DNA of 62,052 bases from a virus. Taxonomy: Duplodnaviria > Caudoviricetes. Position 1 is the first letter of the stretch. Each line of letters opens with the position of its first letter. Location of the stretch: positions 1-62,052 of the IMG/VR virus record IMGVR_UViG_3300021091_004741. The stretch is one strand, 5' to 3'. The notes under the pieces are model-generated. The model worked only from the letters and a program-made list of their open reading frames with translations. It was not told the DNA's origin and did no database searches. The position numbers were made by a program, and so were the translations under genes. This document shows positions 8,755 through 19,202 of the stretch, in pieces.

Positions 8755-10389
8755 ATGATTACTGTAGGATATTCGACAAAAAAGTCTAAACCTGAATATA
8801 TCGAATCTTTGAAAAAGTCCTCGGGGTTCAAAAAAATAGAAATTATTGAAAAAGTCAATAATGGTGAAAAATCTTTGGCACAGATTTACAATGAAATTAT
8901 TTATGAATCAACAAATGACATTGTTGTTTTGATTCATGATGACATTTATTTTGATACGGTCAGTTGGTATCACAAACTATTAAAACATTTTGAAAAAAAG
9001 GAATATGGTATCTTAGGTGTTGCAGGAACAACCAATTTATCTGAAACGGGACAATGGTGGCAACCCGATAAAAGGCAATTCATGACGGGTATTGTCAATC
9101 ATGAGAGTGATGGTAAAAAATGGACATCAAAATACTCTGAAGATTTAAATAACAATATTAGGAGTGTTGTTATTCTTGATGGATTATTATTAGCAGTTCA
9201 TAAAAAAAGAATAAAAAAATCTTTTGTTGAAGAGTTTGATGGATTCCATTTTTATGATTTACCGTTCTGTTTAGAAAACTTCCTCGAAGGTGTAAAAATA
9301 GGGGTTTTTACAAATATTAGAATAACCCATAAATCTATCGGTATGACGAATGATAAATGGGAAATGAATCGTCAAAAATTTGTAGAAAAATATAAAAATG
9401 TTTTACCAATCAAAGCCTCTTTCGATAAAGACAGAAGAATCAAAGTTTTAATTTCTTGTCTATTTTTCAAAACTTTTACAGGCTCTGAATTATATGTATA
9501 CGAACTGGCGAAAGGCTTACAAAAACTAAATTGCTCTGTCACTATACTTTCACAAATTGGTGGACCACTCACGGATTTAGCAAAAAAACAAGGTATAAGA
9601 GTTTTACCATTCGAAGAAGCTCCTGGGTTTAAACTTGGTGACGGTGTATGGGAATTTCCTACACCCCAAGGAAATGTGAAATCCCAACCAAATGTTATGT
9701 ATCAGGTTAAGCCTGTAGATTTTGATATTATTCATATTCAACATAAACCTGTTGCCGAAAGAATAATTAGTTTCTATCCGAACATTGATAAAATATATTC
9801 TATACATTCAGAGGTAATTGAATTAGAAAACCCATTTGAACATGATTCTATCAAAAAATATATTGCCATCAGACCTGAAATAAAAAACCACTTAATTGAA
9901 AGGTTTGATATATCTGATAAAAAAATTGATGTGATTTACAATCCTATAGATAACGATAAGTTTAAACCTTCAAAACACGATTCAAAAAACTATGTTCTTT
10001 TTGTTGGGTCAATCGATTATCTAAGACGCGAAACAATTATGGATTTGATAGATTATACGAAAGAAAACAAAAAAGAATTATGGTTGGTCGGAGAAAATAA
10101 ATCAAATTATCTACAGAGTGTTTTAGAAAACCAACATGTAAAATATTTTCCCGCCACATGGAACGTAGAAAAATATATCCACGAATGTTCTGAAACCGCA
10201 GGAATACAATTAGGAAGAACAACGATTGAGGGATGGATGTCAGGAAAACCTGGATGGATTTATAAAGTAGATTCTAATGGTATCATTGAATCGAAAGAAA
10301 AATACGAAGTGCCAAATGATTTGGAAAAATATTTCACGATGAATGTTGCGGCTCAAATAAAAGATTTATATATAAAAACTTTATCATGA
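8755..10389 (+). CDS. Two-domain glycosyltransferase (GT-A/GT2-like plus GT-B/GT4-like)
   Basis: N-terminal LIHDDIYF and FHFYDL; C-terminal FTGSELYVYELAKGL, VIYNPID, LFVGSID. Start set at ATG 8755. Confidence 0.8.
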   Translation: MITVGYSTKKSKPEYIESLKKSSGFKKIEIIEKVNNGEKSLAQIYNEIIYESTNDIVVLIHDDIYFDTVSWYHKLLKHFEKKEYGILGVAGTTNLSETGQWWQPDKRQFMTGIVNHESDGKKWTSKYSEDLNNNIRSVVILDGLLLAVHKKRIKKSFVEEFDGFHFYDLPFCLENFLEGVKIGVFTNIRITHKSIGMTNDKWEMNRQKFVEKYKNVLPIKASFDKDRRIKVLISCLFFKTFTGSELYVYELAKGLQKLNCSVTILSQIGGPLTDLAKKQGIRVLPFEEAPGFKLGDGVWEFPTPQGNVKSQPNVMYQVKPVDFDIIHIQHKPVAERIISFYPNIDKIYSIHSEVIELENPFEHDSIKKYIAIRPEIKNHLIERFDISDKKIDVIYNPIDNDKFKPSKHDSKNYVLFVGSIDYLRRETIMDLIDYTKENKKELWLVGENKSNYLQSVLENQHVKYFPATWNVEKYIHECSETAGIQLGRTTIEGWMSGKPGWIYKVDSNGIIESKEKYEVPNDLEKYFTMNVAAQIKDLYIKTLS

Positions 10390-11189
10390 ATAGAATAGTA
10401 GATTATGAACATTTGTCAGAATCAATAACAAATTGGATATCAGGATATGTACATGAAAATAATCTTAGTACATTAGTAGTTGGGGTTTCTGGTGGTATTG
10501 ATTCGGCAGTAGTATCAACTCTATGCGCGAGAACTGGTATACCAACAATCCTTTTAGGGATGCCTTTAGATTCAACACCTCAAAATACTCAACTATCTGA
10601 AAAACATATCGCTTATTTAACTTCAACGGACAAATATAATGTTCAGGGATGGCATATTGACTTATCTAAAGTTTTCCACGAATTCAAGGCTCACCCCGTA
10701 ATCAACAAAAAATACAATTCTGATTTAGCGTTTGCAAATACGAAATCCAGATTACGAATGGTCACATTGTATCAAATAGCTACATCGACACAAGGTATTG
10801 TTGTGGGTACAGGAAATAAGGTTGAAGATTTCGGAGTTGGTTTTTTCACCAAATACGGAGACGGTGGTGTTGATATTTCTCCAATAGCTGACCTATATAA
10901 AACTGAGGTAACAGAATTAGGTAAGTACTTAGGGGTTTGTCAAGAAATAATAGAGGCAGAACCCACTGACGGTTTATGGGACGACAACAGAAAAGACGAA
11001 ACTCAAATAGGTGCAACATATGATGAATTGGAATGGGTCATGGAATTGGGTCTTGATAAATTGAAAAACCAACCAACAACTGAAAAAGAAAAAGAATTAA
11101 TTCACACATATTTGAAATTCAACAACAAGAATAAACATAAAATGGAATCTATTCCGGTTTTTAATTTAAAAGAAAATAATATTATATGA
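10386..11189 (+). CDS. nadE: NH3-dependent NAD+ synthetase
   Basis: PP-loop VVGVSGGIDSAVV, KSRLRMVTLY, GTGNKVE..GFFTKYGDGG, PIADLYKTEV, PTDGLW, DETQIG. Confidence 0.93.
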   Translation: MNRIVDYEHLSESITNWISGYVHENNLSTLVVGVSGGIDSAVVSTLCARTGIPTILLGMPLDSTPQNTQLSEKHIAYLTSTDKYNVQGWHIDLSKVFHEFKAHPVINKKYNSDLAFANTKSRLRMVTLYQIATSTQGIVVGTGNKVEDFGVGFFTKYGDGGVDISPIADLYKTEVTELGKYLGVCQEIIEAEPTDGLWDDNRKDETQIGATYDELEWVMELGLDKLKNQPTTEKEKELIHTYLKFNNKNKHKMESIPVFNLKENNII

Positions 11190-12343
11190 AATTAGGAATT
11201 ATAGGTGCAGGTAGATTAGGGTTAACTTTCGCACTTCTTTGCGAAAAAGCAGGTTACGATGTATTGGTTTCCGATGTCAGAGAAGATTATATATTCAACT
11301 TGAATCAAAAGATTTGTTTTACAAATGAACCTTTAATTCAGAAGATGTTATTTGAATCTCAAAAACTCAGTGGTACCACAAACAATATTGAGGTTATCAA
11401 ACATGCTGATTTGATTTTCACTTTTGTTTCAACACCATCTACTCTCAACGGAAACTACGATACTACAAAAGTGTTTGAAGTTTCCAATCAATTTTACACT
11501 GCATCAAGCTTAGAAATCCCCTTGAGTAATAAAAAATTTGTTGTAGGGTGTACAACAAATCCAGGCGATGTTCAACAGATACAGAACAATTTATATAAGT
11601 TTAACATACAAGTTGCATACAACCCCGAGTTCATCGCTCAGGGTGAAATTGTTCAAGGATTAGAACAATCTGACATTCTACTCATTGGAACCGAATATTC
11701 TCAGTTAGCTAATGAATTAATTCATCTTTACAAAAAAATACAAACCACCAAAGTGAATGCATTTGTTATGTCCAGTAAAGCTGCTGAGATTACCAAAATT
11801 GGTATAAATTGTTTTTTGACGACAAAAATCAGTTATGCAAATATGATGGGTGATATTCTTATGAAATCTGATTTACAAAGTGAAATTGATTTGGTCTTGG
11901 GTGCCATTGGTGGGGACACAAGAATTGGAAACAAATATCTGAAATATGGATTTGGTTTCGGGGGTCCTTGTTTACCTAGAGATAATCGTGCCCTGGGTCA
12001 CTACGCCCAAAACTTGGGAATGAAATTGAATCTTCCCCTTACCGTGGATAATTTCAACAAAGAACATGCAGAGTTTTTAAAAAATCATTTTATTTCTTTA
12101 AATCCTGATAAATCGATACCGTTTGTAATGAATTATATTACATATAAAAAGGGTACCGATATTTTGGAAGAGTCTCAACAGTTTCAACTTTGTATCGATT
12201 TATTGAACGAAGGTTACTATGTAAACGTAATTGAAATTGACGAGGTTGCTAAATCATTAGATAGCCTTAGTCAATCTTATGAAGGTAGATTAAAGTTTTT
12301 CAAAAAAGGAACAAATCCAGAAGGTTTCAAAATAAAATTATGA
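11186..12343 (+). CDS. UDP-glucose/GDP-mannose 6-dehydrogenase family protein
   Basis: GIIGAGRLGL, YNPEF, AEITK..IN.FL..KISYAN, catalytic GFGGPCLPRD; the C-terminal domain is short and divergent. Confidence 0.88.
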   Translation: MKLGIIGAGRLGLTFALLCEKAGYDVLVSDVREDYIFNLNQKICFTNEPLIQKMLFESQKLSGTTNNIEVIKHADLIFTFVSTPSTLNGNYDTTKVFEVSNQFYTASSLEIPLSNKKFVVGCTTNPGDVQQIQNNLYKFNIQVAYNPEFIAQGEIVQGLEQSDILLIGTEYSQLANELIHLYKKIQTTKVNAFVMSSKAAEITKIGINCFLTTKISYANMMGDILMKSDLQSEIDLVLGAIGGDTRIGNKYLKYGFGFGGPCLPRDNRALGHYAQNLGMKLNLPLTVDNFNKEHAEFLKNHFISLNPDKSIPFVMNYITYKKGTDILEESQQFQLCIDLLNEGYYVNVIEIDEVAKSLDSLSQSYEGRLKFFKKGTNPEGFKIKL

Positions 12344-13071
12344 AAATAAAATTTGTTTGTTGCGTTTGGAATGCGGAAAAATACGTTACTAATTGTATAA
12401 AATCTTTGATGAATCAAAAAGACAAAGATTTCTCAGTCTATTTGATAGACGATTTGTCTAATGATAAGTCTGTAAATGTAATGCGCAATTTGATTCAAAA
12501 TGACAATAGATTCAATTTAATTGTCAACTCAGAAAAAAAATTCAAATTAAGAAATCTTGATGAACTTATATCTACGTTTGACGATGAAGATATTGTAATC
12601 GAATTGGATGGTGACGATTTTCTACTTAACCAAAACGTTGTATCCGATATCAGGGAGATTTACAAAACAGAAAAAGTTTGGTTAACAAACGGTTCTTTCA
12701 TGTATTCAAACGGTCATAAAGGATTTTCTGAAAAGTGCAATCCATCAACCGTGAGAAAAGATTTATTCCGTTTTTCACATCTTCGTACTTGGAAAACATT
12801 CTTATGGAAATCTATACCAAAATCATATTTGACTGAAGAAAATGGTAAATATTTCAAATCTGCGGCTGATGTCGCATATTCTTTTTCTTTATTAGAATTA
12901 GCGGGTGAAGAAAATTATAGATTCTTAGATAAATTGTATTACGTTTATAATGCTGAGTCACCCTACAACGACCACAAACCTGGTAGTGCAACGGGTAATG
13001 GACTTCCTGAACAAGACAGATGTTCAAACATCATAAGAAATAAACCAAAGCTTGATAAATTAATTAGATGA
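12340..13071 (+). CDS. Glycosyltransferase family 2
   Basis: WNAEKYV..CIKSL..Q, LIDDLSND, ELDGDD (DxD). Confidence 0.85.
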   Translation: MKIKFVCCVWNAEKYVTNCIKSLMNQKDKDFSVYLIDDLSNDKSVNVMRNLIQNDNRFNLIVNSEKKFKLRNLDELISTFDDEDIVIELDGDDFLLNQNVVSDIREIYKTEKVWLTNGSFMYSNGHKGFSEKCNPSTVRKDLFRFSHLRTWKTFLWKSIPKSYLTEENGKYFKSAADVAYSFSLLELAGEENYRFLDKLYYVYNAESPYNDHKPGSATGNGLPEQDRCSNIIRNKPKLDKLIR

Positions 13072-13877
13072 ATAATTTGATTTCGTGTAATTTAATGGGG
13101 GGATTAGGAAACCAAATATTCCAAGCCGCCCACGCACTTGCTCAAGGATGGAAATATAATCGCGAGGTAGTTTTTGTACCAAGGTCATGGACACCTATGC
13201 AAGGGAGACAAACTGAGAATTATTTAAACAATATTTTCAGAAACCTTAAGTTTATAGAAAATATCGATGGGTTTGAAAAAGTCAGTGAAGGACCTTGGGA
13301 ATACATCGATGTATTTCCAAAAGAACATAATTCAGTATTTGATGGATACTTTCAGAGTAGTAAAAACTTTTTAGGGTTTGATAAAAAAATTAGAGAAATA
13401 TTTCAACCGACAGAAGACTTTGTCTCCCAAATGATAGAAAAACATCCTGAACTTAAAAAAGAAAATACATTATCAATTCATATCAGACGAGGTGATTGTT
13501 TCATGAACCCTGATATTCACCCCATTGCGACTGAAAAATATGTTGAAAGAGCACTTAAAGAAATAGGAGATTACAGTCATATATTTATTTTCAGTGACGA
13601 TAAAAAATGGGTCAAAGAAACTTTGTCATTTGAAAACGTGACTTATGTTGATGATGAAGATTACAAAGAACTTTGGTTGATGTCTCTTTGTAAAAATCAC
13701 ATAATTGTAAACTCAACGTTTTCATGGTGGGGTTCATTTTTAAATAAAAATATTAATAAAAAAATTGTAGCACCTTCTATTTGGTTCGGCCCGAGAGGTC
13801 CAAGAAATTACCGAGATATTTACGAATCATATTGGAAAGTACTCGAAGTAAAATACGAAAACGGATGGTTAAATTAA
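13068..13877 (+). CDS. GT11 alpha-1,2-fucosyltransferase-like protein
   Basis: GGLGNQIFQ, GYFQS, SIHIRRGD, IFSDD, NSTFSWWG. Confidence 0.9.
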   Translation: MNNLISCNLMGGLGNQIFQAAHALAQGWKYNREVVFVPRSWTPMQGRQTENYLNNIFRNLKFIENIDGFEKVSEGPWEYIDVFPKEHNSVFDGYFQSSKNFLGFDKKIREIFQPTEDFVSQMIEKHPELKKENTLSIHIRRGDCFMNPDIHPIATEKYVERALKEIGDYSHIFIFSDDKKWVKETLSFENVTYVDDEDYKELWLMSLCKNHIIVNSTFSWWGSFLNKNINKKIVAPSIWFGPRGPRNYRDIYESYWKVLEVKYENGWLN

Positions 13878-14674
13878 ACATGTTATCAAGAAACTTTGCT
13901 CACGACAAAGGTTCTACAGCAAACAAAGCACCGATTCACATAGAATGGTGTTTCAACTCCTACGATAACCCTATCTCAGTTTATTTGGATAATGATTGGT
14001 CAAGAGGTGTTGCTGATTCTAACAACGGTAAAAAAAATTTTCTATGGTTGATTGAATCAAGAAATTTTGACGGTGGAGCTATCGATGGAATAAAAAACAA
14101 CCTTGATTCTATTTTGAACTCTTTTGAGGAAATATGGACTCACAACGATGAGTTGTTATCTCTTCATTCTAAGTTCAAATGGACACCAGCGTATGGAAGC
14201 TATATCAAAGATTTTGGATTACATCCTAAAACAAAAATGGCTTCGATGGTTACCTCTAGTAAAAGATGGACACGTCAACATGAAATACGTCATGACTTTG
14301 CGGTCAATAACCGTGATAAAATGGACGTTTATGGAAGAGGTATACAGGAAATTGCAAATAAAGAAATAGGTTTGAATGATTATCGTTTTTCTTTCGCAGT
14401 AGAAAATGATACCTATGACACATATTTTACTGAAAAAATATTAGATTGTTTTGCAACCGGTACGGTACCAATTTATATGGGAACAAAAAAAATTGTAAAT
14501 TATTTTAACCCTGAAGGTATAATCTTCTTCGAGGGTCAATTTGATATTGAGTCCTTGACTGAAGAGTTGTATAACTCTAAACTTGATGCAATAAAAGACA
14601 ATCTTGAAAGAGTTAGAAAGTATAGTATTTTAGACGATTGGATTTATGAAAATTATTTGATTAATTATGTCTAA
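13865..14674 (+). CDS. GT10 alpha-1,3-fucosyltransferase-like protein
   Basis: YRFSFAVEN...YFTEKILDCF..GTVPIYMG motif; start placed at ATG 13865. Confidence 0.8.
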   Translation: MVKLNMLSRNFAHDKGSTANKAPIHIEWCFNSYDNPISVYLDNDWSRGVADSNNGKKNFLWLIESRNFDGGAIDGIKNNLDSILNSFEEIWTHNDELLSLHSKFKWTPAYGSYIKDFGLHPKTKMASMVTSSKRWTRQHEIRHDFAVNNRDKMDVYGRGIQEIANKEIGLNDYRFSFAVENDTYDTYFTEKILDCFATGTVPIYMGTKKIVNYFNPEGIIFFEGQFDIESLTEELYNSKLDAIKDNLERVRKYSILDDWIYENYLINYV

Positions 14675-15337
14675 ATGAAAAATGTAATTTCAACAACTCT
14701 ATATGGTGGTGACAAAAGATACTTTCGTGGTGCGATTTATAACGCTAGATTAACAAAACAATATTTTCCTGGTTGGGAGTTCCGTGTCTATCACGAGGAT
14801 GGTATTGATAATAGATTCTTACAAGAACTATCCGAAGAAGGTGCGAACGTAATAAACGTTGGACCAACACAAATGATACCATCAGCTTGGAGATTTTTGG
14901 TTTATGATGATGAAGAAGTTAATTTTTTTATTTCGAGAGATTTAGACGACAGATTAAACAGTTATGATGCTGAACTTGTCAAGGTTTGGATACAAAGTGG
15001 TCACCCTTTTCACATTATTCGTTCTAATAGAGGTCATATGAATGAAATGCTTGCCGGTCTTTGGGGTGGCAAATCCCGTTATTTAGAAAACTTCAATATG
15101 AAGGAAGAACTACAAAACTTTTTTTTAGAAACTAGAAACAAAGAAGAAGACCAAAAATTTTTAAGATTAGTTTTTTATCCCAAAATCAGAGACATATCTG
15201 TAGTTTACGGATATGACTTTTACAATAGTCCGTATGTGGAAAATTTTCCTATAGAGTTTTTCGCAGAAGATGGTCACATAAGTTATCCTGTTGGTGAAGT
15301 TTACGAAGCTGACGATGAAAAATCTTTATTCCAATGA
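14675..15337 (+). CDS. Putative GT-A-fold glycosyltransferase
   Basis: ISTTLYG..Y..GAI.NA, WRFL, FISRDLDDRL, MLAGLWGG; DxD motif and cluster context. Confidence 0.5.
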   Translation: MKNVISTTLYGGDKRYFRGAIYNARLTKQYFPGWEFRVYHEDGIDNRFLQELSEEGANVINVGPTQMIPSAWRFLVYDDEEVNFFISRDLDDRLNSYDAELVKVWIQSGHPFHIIRSNRGHMNEMLAGLWGGKSRYLENFNMKEELQNFFLETRNKEEDQKFLRLVFYPKIRDISVVYGYDFYNSPYVENFPIEFFAEDGHISYPVGEVYEADDEKSLFQ

Positions 15338-16038
15338 AAAATATTTGTTTAATCAGACAACCCGCAGGTATTGGTGATATTTTTTTCACACAAAAAATTG
15401 CCAAAGATTATATCTCAAAAGGATACCAAGTCATCTGGCCTGTCATTCCACAATTTGAGTTTATTAAAGATTACATAAAAATTGATAATCTTATATTTGT
15501 TAACGAAAGAGATGATTTTCCACACAGAAACGTTTATGCTGAAGGATATTCTAAACCTTTCATGATTAATAAAAATGATATATATCTACCAATTCAACAT
15601 TTCGATAGACATTATCAAGGTCCTGTAATGCATGCAAAATATAAACTTTTAGGAATAGACTTTTCCGATTGGGTGGATTATTTCACATTTGATAGAAATA
15701 TTGAGAGAGAACAAAAATTGATTGATTATTTTGGTGTCTCTGACAAAGAGTTCGTATTTGTGAATAGAATGTTTGGTTCTCCACCCGATTCGAAACCTTG
15801 TCCACACATGGGTCAATATAAAAATGGTGTAGAAATGATTTATTTGGGATGGGACAACCTTTTCGATTGGATTGGATTATTAATTAAAGCAAAACACATT
15901 TATACTGTAGAAACTTCAATTCTGTATATTATAAGCAAATTGGGGTTAAAAAATGTTACAGTATATTCAAGACATAGTCCCGCGAGTTTCCATCAAGTCG
16001 AACATTTGTTTGATAAAGATTTAAATTATATAAAATGA
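15334..16038 (+). CDS. Putative glycosyltransferase (GT9-like N-terminus)
   Basis: RQPAGIGDIFF N-terminal motif; cluster context. Confidence 0.45.
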   Translation: MKNICLIRQPAGIGDIFFTQKIAKDYISKGYQVIWPVIPQFEFIKDYIKIDNLIFVNERDDFPHRNVYAEGYSKPFMINKNDIYLPIQHFDRHYQGPVMHAKYKLLGIDFSDWVDYFTFDRNIEREQKLIDYFGVSDKEFVFVNRMFGSPPDSKPCPHMGQYKNGVEMIYLGWDNLFDWIGLLIKAKHIYTVETSILYIISKLGLKNVTVYSRHSPASFHQVEHLFDKDLNYIK

Positions 16039-16418
16039 CACAAATACCGGTAAGTATTGGAGAATTGATAGACAAGTTGTCCATTCTCCAAATTAAGAAA
16101 AATAAAATATCAAATCCTGAAAAATTGGTTCAGGTAAAAAAAGAATTTGAACTTCTTTACAATCAATCGGCAGGATACCTCAATGACATTCAGATTGAAA
16201 ATCTGTATCACGAACTTGTCAAGGTCAATACCTATCTTTGGGATATTGAAGACCGATTAAGAGTTTTAGAATCAGAAGTTAGATTTGAAGGTGAGTTTAT
16301 CGAAGTCGCAAGGAAAGTTTATATCACTAATGATAAAAGATTTGAATTAAAAAATCAGATTAATGCACTGACTGATTCTGAAATCATAGAAGTTAAGGAA
16401 TATATAAAATATCAATAG
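16035..16418 (+). CDS. DUF6165-like protein
   Basis: IPVSIGELIDKLSILQIK...LWDIEDRLR...ARKVYITNDKR..LKNQIN...SEIIEVK. Confidence 0.75.
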   Translation: MTQIPVSIGELIDKLSILQIKKNKISNPEKLVQVKKEFELLYNQSAGYLNDIQIENLYHELVKVNTYLWDIEDRLRVLESEVRFEGEFIEVARKVYITNDKRFELKNQINALTDSEIIEVKEYIKYQ

Positions 16419-16419
16419 T

Positions 16420-17085
16420 ATGATAGAAAATATCAAAGAAGTTTTAAAAAATTATTTTGAAGACGAGAATAAAACTTACGGGTCTCCAAGTTTTGAAACA
16501 GGTTATCCCGAAAGAGACGTAAATTGGATGAAAAAAAATTTAATTCCTCGAATTAAAACCCTCATCAACAAAAACGTGCATAAAAATTGTTTGGATGTAG
16601 GATGTGCTTTCGGATATTTTTCCAAGGTTCTATCTGAGACTTTTGACAAAACCTATGGAATAGATTTATCAAATAATAGAATTGATTATGCAAAGAAATA
16701 CGAGTCAGAAAGTTTGAAATTTATACAATCAGACCTGACTGAAAGTTTCAAAGATAAATTTCCAATCAAATTTGACTTTATGTTTACGAATGCCGTATTA
16801 CCACATATCCCGTTGGAATTTAAATCTGAAGTTTTCAAAAACTTAGCAGAGGTTGCAAATTCGGGTTGTATTTTTGTAATGTATGATGGTATGTTGAATG
16901 ACAACAACAAAAATAAACATGATGATAATACACAAGCTAATTTTGAGGGTTGGTCGGGTGAAGAAGCAATCAGAGTTGTATTCATAAGTGAAAAATGGAT
17001 ACTAGAAAACGCTACTGATTGGGAAATATTACAAATAAATAATGTTGGTCAAGCAACTGAAGAAATAATTTTAAAAAGAAAATAA
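16420..17085 (+). CDS. Class I SAM-dependent methyltransferase
   Basis: CLDVGCAFGYFS, GIDLS, FDFMFTNAVLPHI. Confidence 0.85.
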   Translation: MIENIKEVLKNYFEDENKTYGSPSFETGYPERDVNWMKKNLIPRIKTLINKNVHKNCLDVGCAFGYFSKVLSETFDKTYGIDLSNNRIDYAKKYESESLKFIQSDLTESFKDKFPIKFDFMFTNAVLPHIPLEFKSEVFKNLAEVANSGCIFVMYDGMLNDNNKNKHDDNTQANFEGWSGEEAIRVVFISEKWILENATDWEILQINNVGQATEEIILKRK

Positions 17086-17086
17086 A

Positions 17087-17743
17087 ATGAGTTTATTTGG
17101 CGCTTTTTGGGATAAAGACCCAAATCCAGTCGGAACAGAGAACTTTGGAAATAATAGAGGTTTGTTCTATAATTTAAATTGGACTCCAAAAGGAGTATTA
17201 CATGTTGGGGCATGGGACGCTTGGGAAGCAAAACAATATGCACAATACTGTGGGTCTAATGTAGTTTTTTTAGAAGCTCACCCAAAATCATACGAAACTT
17301 TCAAATCCGAAATTGAAAAGCATCAACAAAAGATTTTCAATTATGCCGCTTGGAATGTTGATGATTTAGAAATGGATTTATACTGTCCTCCAAACAACCA
17401 AGACTCGAGTTCATTGATTTTCAAAAATGGTCATTCCATAAAAACCAATACAATTACTCTTAAAAGTTTATTTCAAAGAAATAGTTTAAATTTTTCTGAT
17501 TTTGATTTGTTGAACGTTGATACAGAGGGTGCAGAAATACAAGTTTTAGAAGGTTTAGGTGATGAAATTATTAATTTCAAGTACGTCCTTTTAGAAATTT
17601 CCGATTTGGGTTCTTCGGAAGAATCATTATTAAATGATTATATGAACTCAAAAAACTTTTCATTTTTTAAAGACAGCACATCACACATAAGTTCAGTTAC
17701 TAGAAAAAGATTTTGTGATAGATTGTTCAGAAATAATTTATGA
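17087..17743 (+). CDS. FkbM-family methyltransferase
   Basis: GVLHVGA, FLEAHP, SSSL, LLNVDTEGAEIQVLEG. Confidence 0.85.
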   Translation: MSLFGAFWDKDPNPVGTENFGNNRGLFYNLNWTPKGVLHVGAWDAWEAKQYAQYCGSNVVFLEAHPKSYETFKSEIEKHQQKIFNYAAWNVDDLEMDLYCPPNNQDSSSLIFKNGHSIKTNTITLKSLFQRNSLNFSDFDLLNVDTEGAEIQVLEGLGDEIINFKYVLLEISDLGSSEESLLNDYMNSKNFSFFKDSTSHISSVTRKRFCDRLFRNNL

Positions 17744-18570
17744 AAACAACCGCAATTCTGCCATCGAGAAATGATAACTATGGTGATAACTTATCACACA
17801 GAGCATCTATGTCTTTAAGTTCAATGATTGAATCTCATGATGAGGTAGTTTTTGTAGAATGGAAAATCAAAAACAATGATTCATTATTTTCATCAATCAA
17901 AAATAAATTACCTCATCAGGGCAAATTAAAGTATGTTCCTGTATCCTCTTGTTTTCTGAAAGAACATTACTCTGACATTTATCAGTATACAATAATTGAG
18001 TCAATTGCCAGAAATATTGCAATCAGAAGAGCATCAAACGATTATATAATTTCAACCAATATTGATATTTTGGTCAATGATTTGAACAAGAATATTTTAT
18101 CGGAAAATACTTTTTTTACAGTACCGCGAAGGGACATTCCTCAAGATTTACACTTACAGTTCGATGACTATCAAGACTTACACAAACATATTAACCGTGA
18201 CAAAGATTCATTTAGACCAAAAGAACGAATTAATTCAAAAGACGATATATGGTCTTTAATAAACTGTTGTGGAGATTACCAAATTGGACATAGAAATGTT
18301 TGGTATAAAATGAAAGGATTTGAAGAATCGATACTATTCGGTTGTGGAATAGATACAAACGTGATGAAAAAAGCATCCTTCTTTTCCCAAATAAAAGTTT
18401 TAGACCATTATATTTTTCATCTCAACCATGGAAAAAATAGTCAAATTGATAATGATGAAATACAACCCCCAATATCAAATCAGAACTCTATCATAAGAGA
18501 CTTTATTGAATCATCTAATCCTGACACCTGGGGGATGTCAGATAAAGATTTACCCATAGAAATATTATGA
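17740..18570 (+). CDS. GT-A/GT2-like glycosyltransferase
   Basis: SRNDNYG, ARNIAIRRASNDYIISTNIDI, GFEE, FHLNH. Confidence 0.7.
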   Translation: MKTTAILPSRNDNYGDNLSHRASMSLSSMIESHDEVVFVEWKIKNNDSLFSSIKNKLPHQGKLKYVPVSSCFLKEHYSDIYQYTIIESIARNIAIRRASNDYIISTNIDILVNDLNKNILSENTFFTVPRRDIPQDLHLQFDDYQDLHKHINRDKDSFRPKERINSKDDIWSLINCCGDYQIGHRNVWYKMKGFEESILFGCGIDTNVMKKASFFSQIKVLDHYIFHLNHGKNSQIDNDEIQPPISNQNSIIRDFIESSNPDTWGMSDKDLPIEIL

Positions 18571-19202
18571 AAAGTATTTTAATAATTGGTGGTGCTGCAG
18601 GTGCTAGAATTGCCACTAACATTTTCAAAAAAACACACCCATATTTTTTTATTTATTATGTTGAGTGTTTTGCTGAGGAAATAATTTCAAATCGTTTATA
18701 TTCGACAGTTGAAAAATCTTTGGAACATCTCAAACAAACTGATGTCGAATATTTTATCGCAACCGGTGATAACAAACTCAGAAGAAAACATTATGAGATG
18801 ATAAAAGATTATACCAACAAGGAACCAATCAATTGTATTCACCCATCAGCCGTTGTCGAAGCAAAAAAAATTGGATTTGGAAATCTGATTTGTCCCAAAG
18901 CTGTTGTACACATGGATTCGATTATTGGAAATGGGACAATAATCAACACATCAGCAGTCATTGAACATGACTGTGTAATTCAGGACTTTGCTCAAGTTTC
19001 TCCAAACGCCACCCTTTGTGGATATGTTGTAATCGGAGAAAATTGTTTTATAAGTGCAGGTAGCACCATAATTCCAAAAATACTTATCGGAAATAACTCT
19101 ACTGTCGCAGCTGGTGCGGTCGTGAAAGAAAACGTTCCTGAAAATGTAATGGTGGCAGGTATTCCATCAAGAATAAAAAAGAACTATAATGAAAAACTTT
19201 AG
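18567..19202 (+). CDS. Sugar N/O-acetyltransferase, PglD/NeuD hexapeptide family
   Basis: FIATGDNKLR, IHPSAVV, INTSAVIEHDC followed by hexapeptide repeats, VAGIPSR. Confidence 0.88.
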   Translation: MKSILIIGGAAGARIATNIFKKTHPYFFIYYVECFAEEIISNRLYSTVEKSLEHLKQTDVEYFIATGDNKLRRKHYEMIKDYTNKEPINCIHPSAVVEAKKIGFGNLICPKAVVHMDSIIGNGTIINTSAVIEHDCVIQDFAQVSPNATLCGYVVIGENCFISAGSTIIPKILIGNNSTVAAGAVVKENVPENVMVAGIPSRIKKNYNEKL

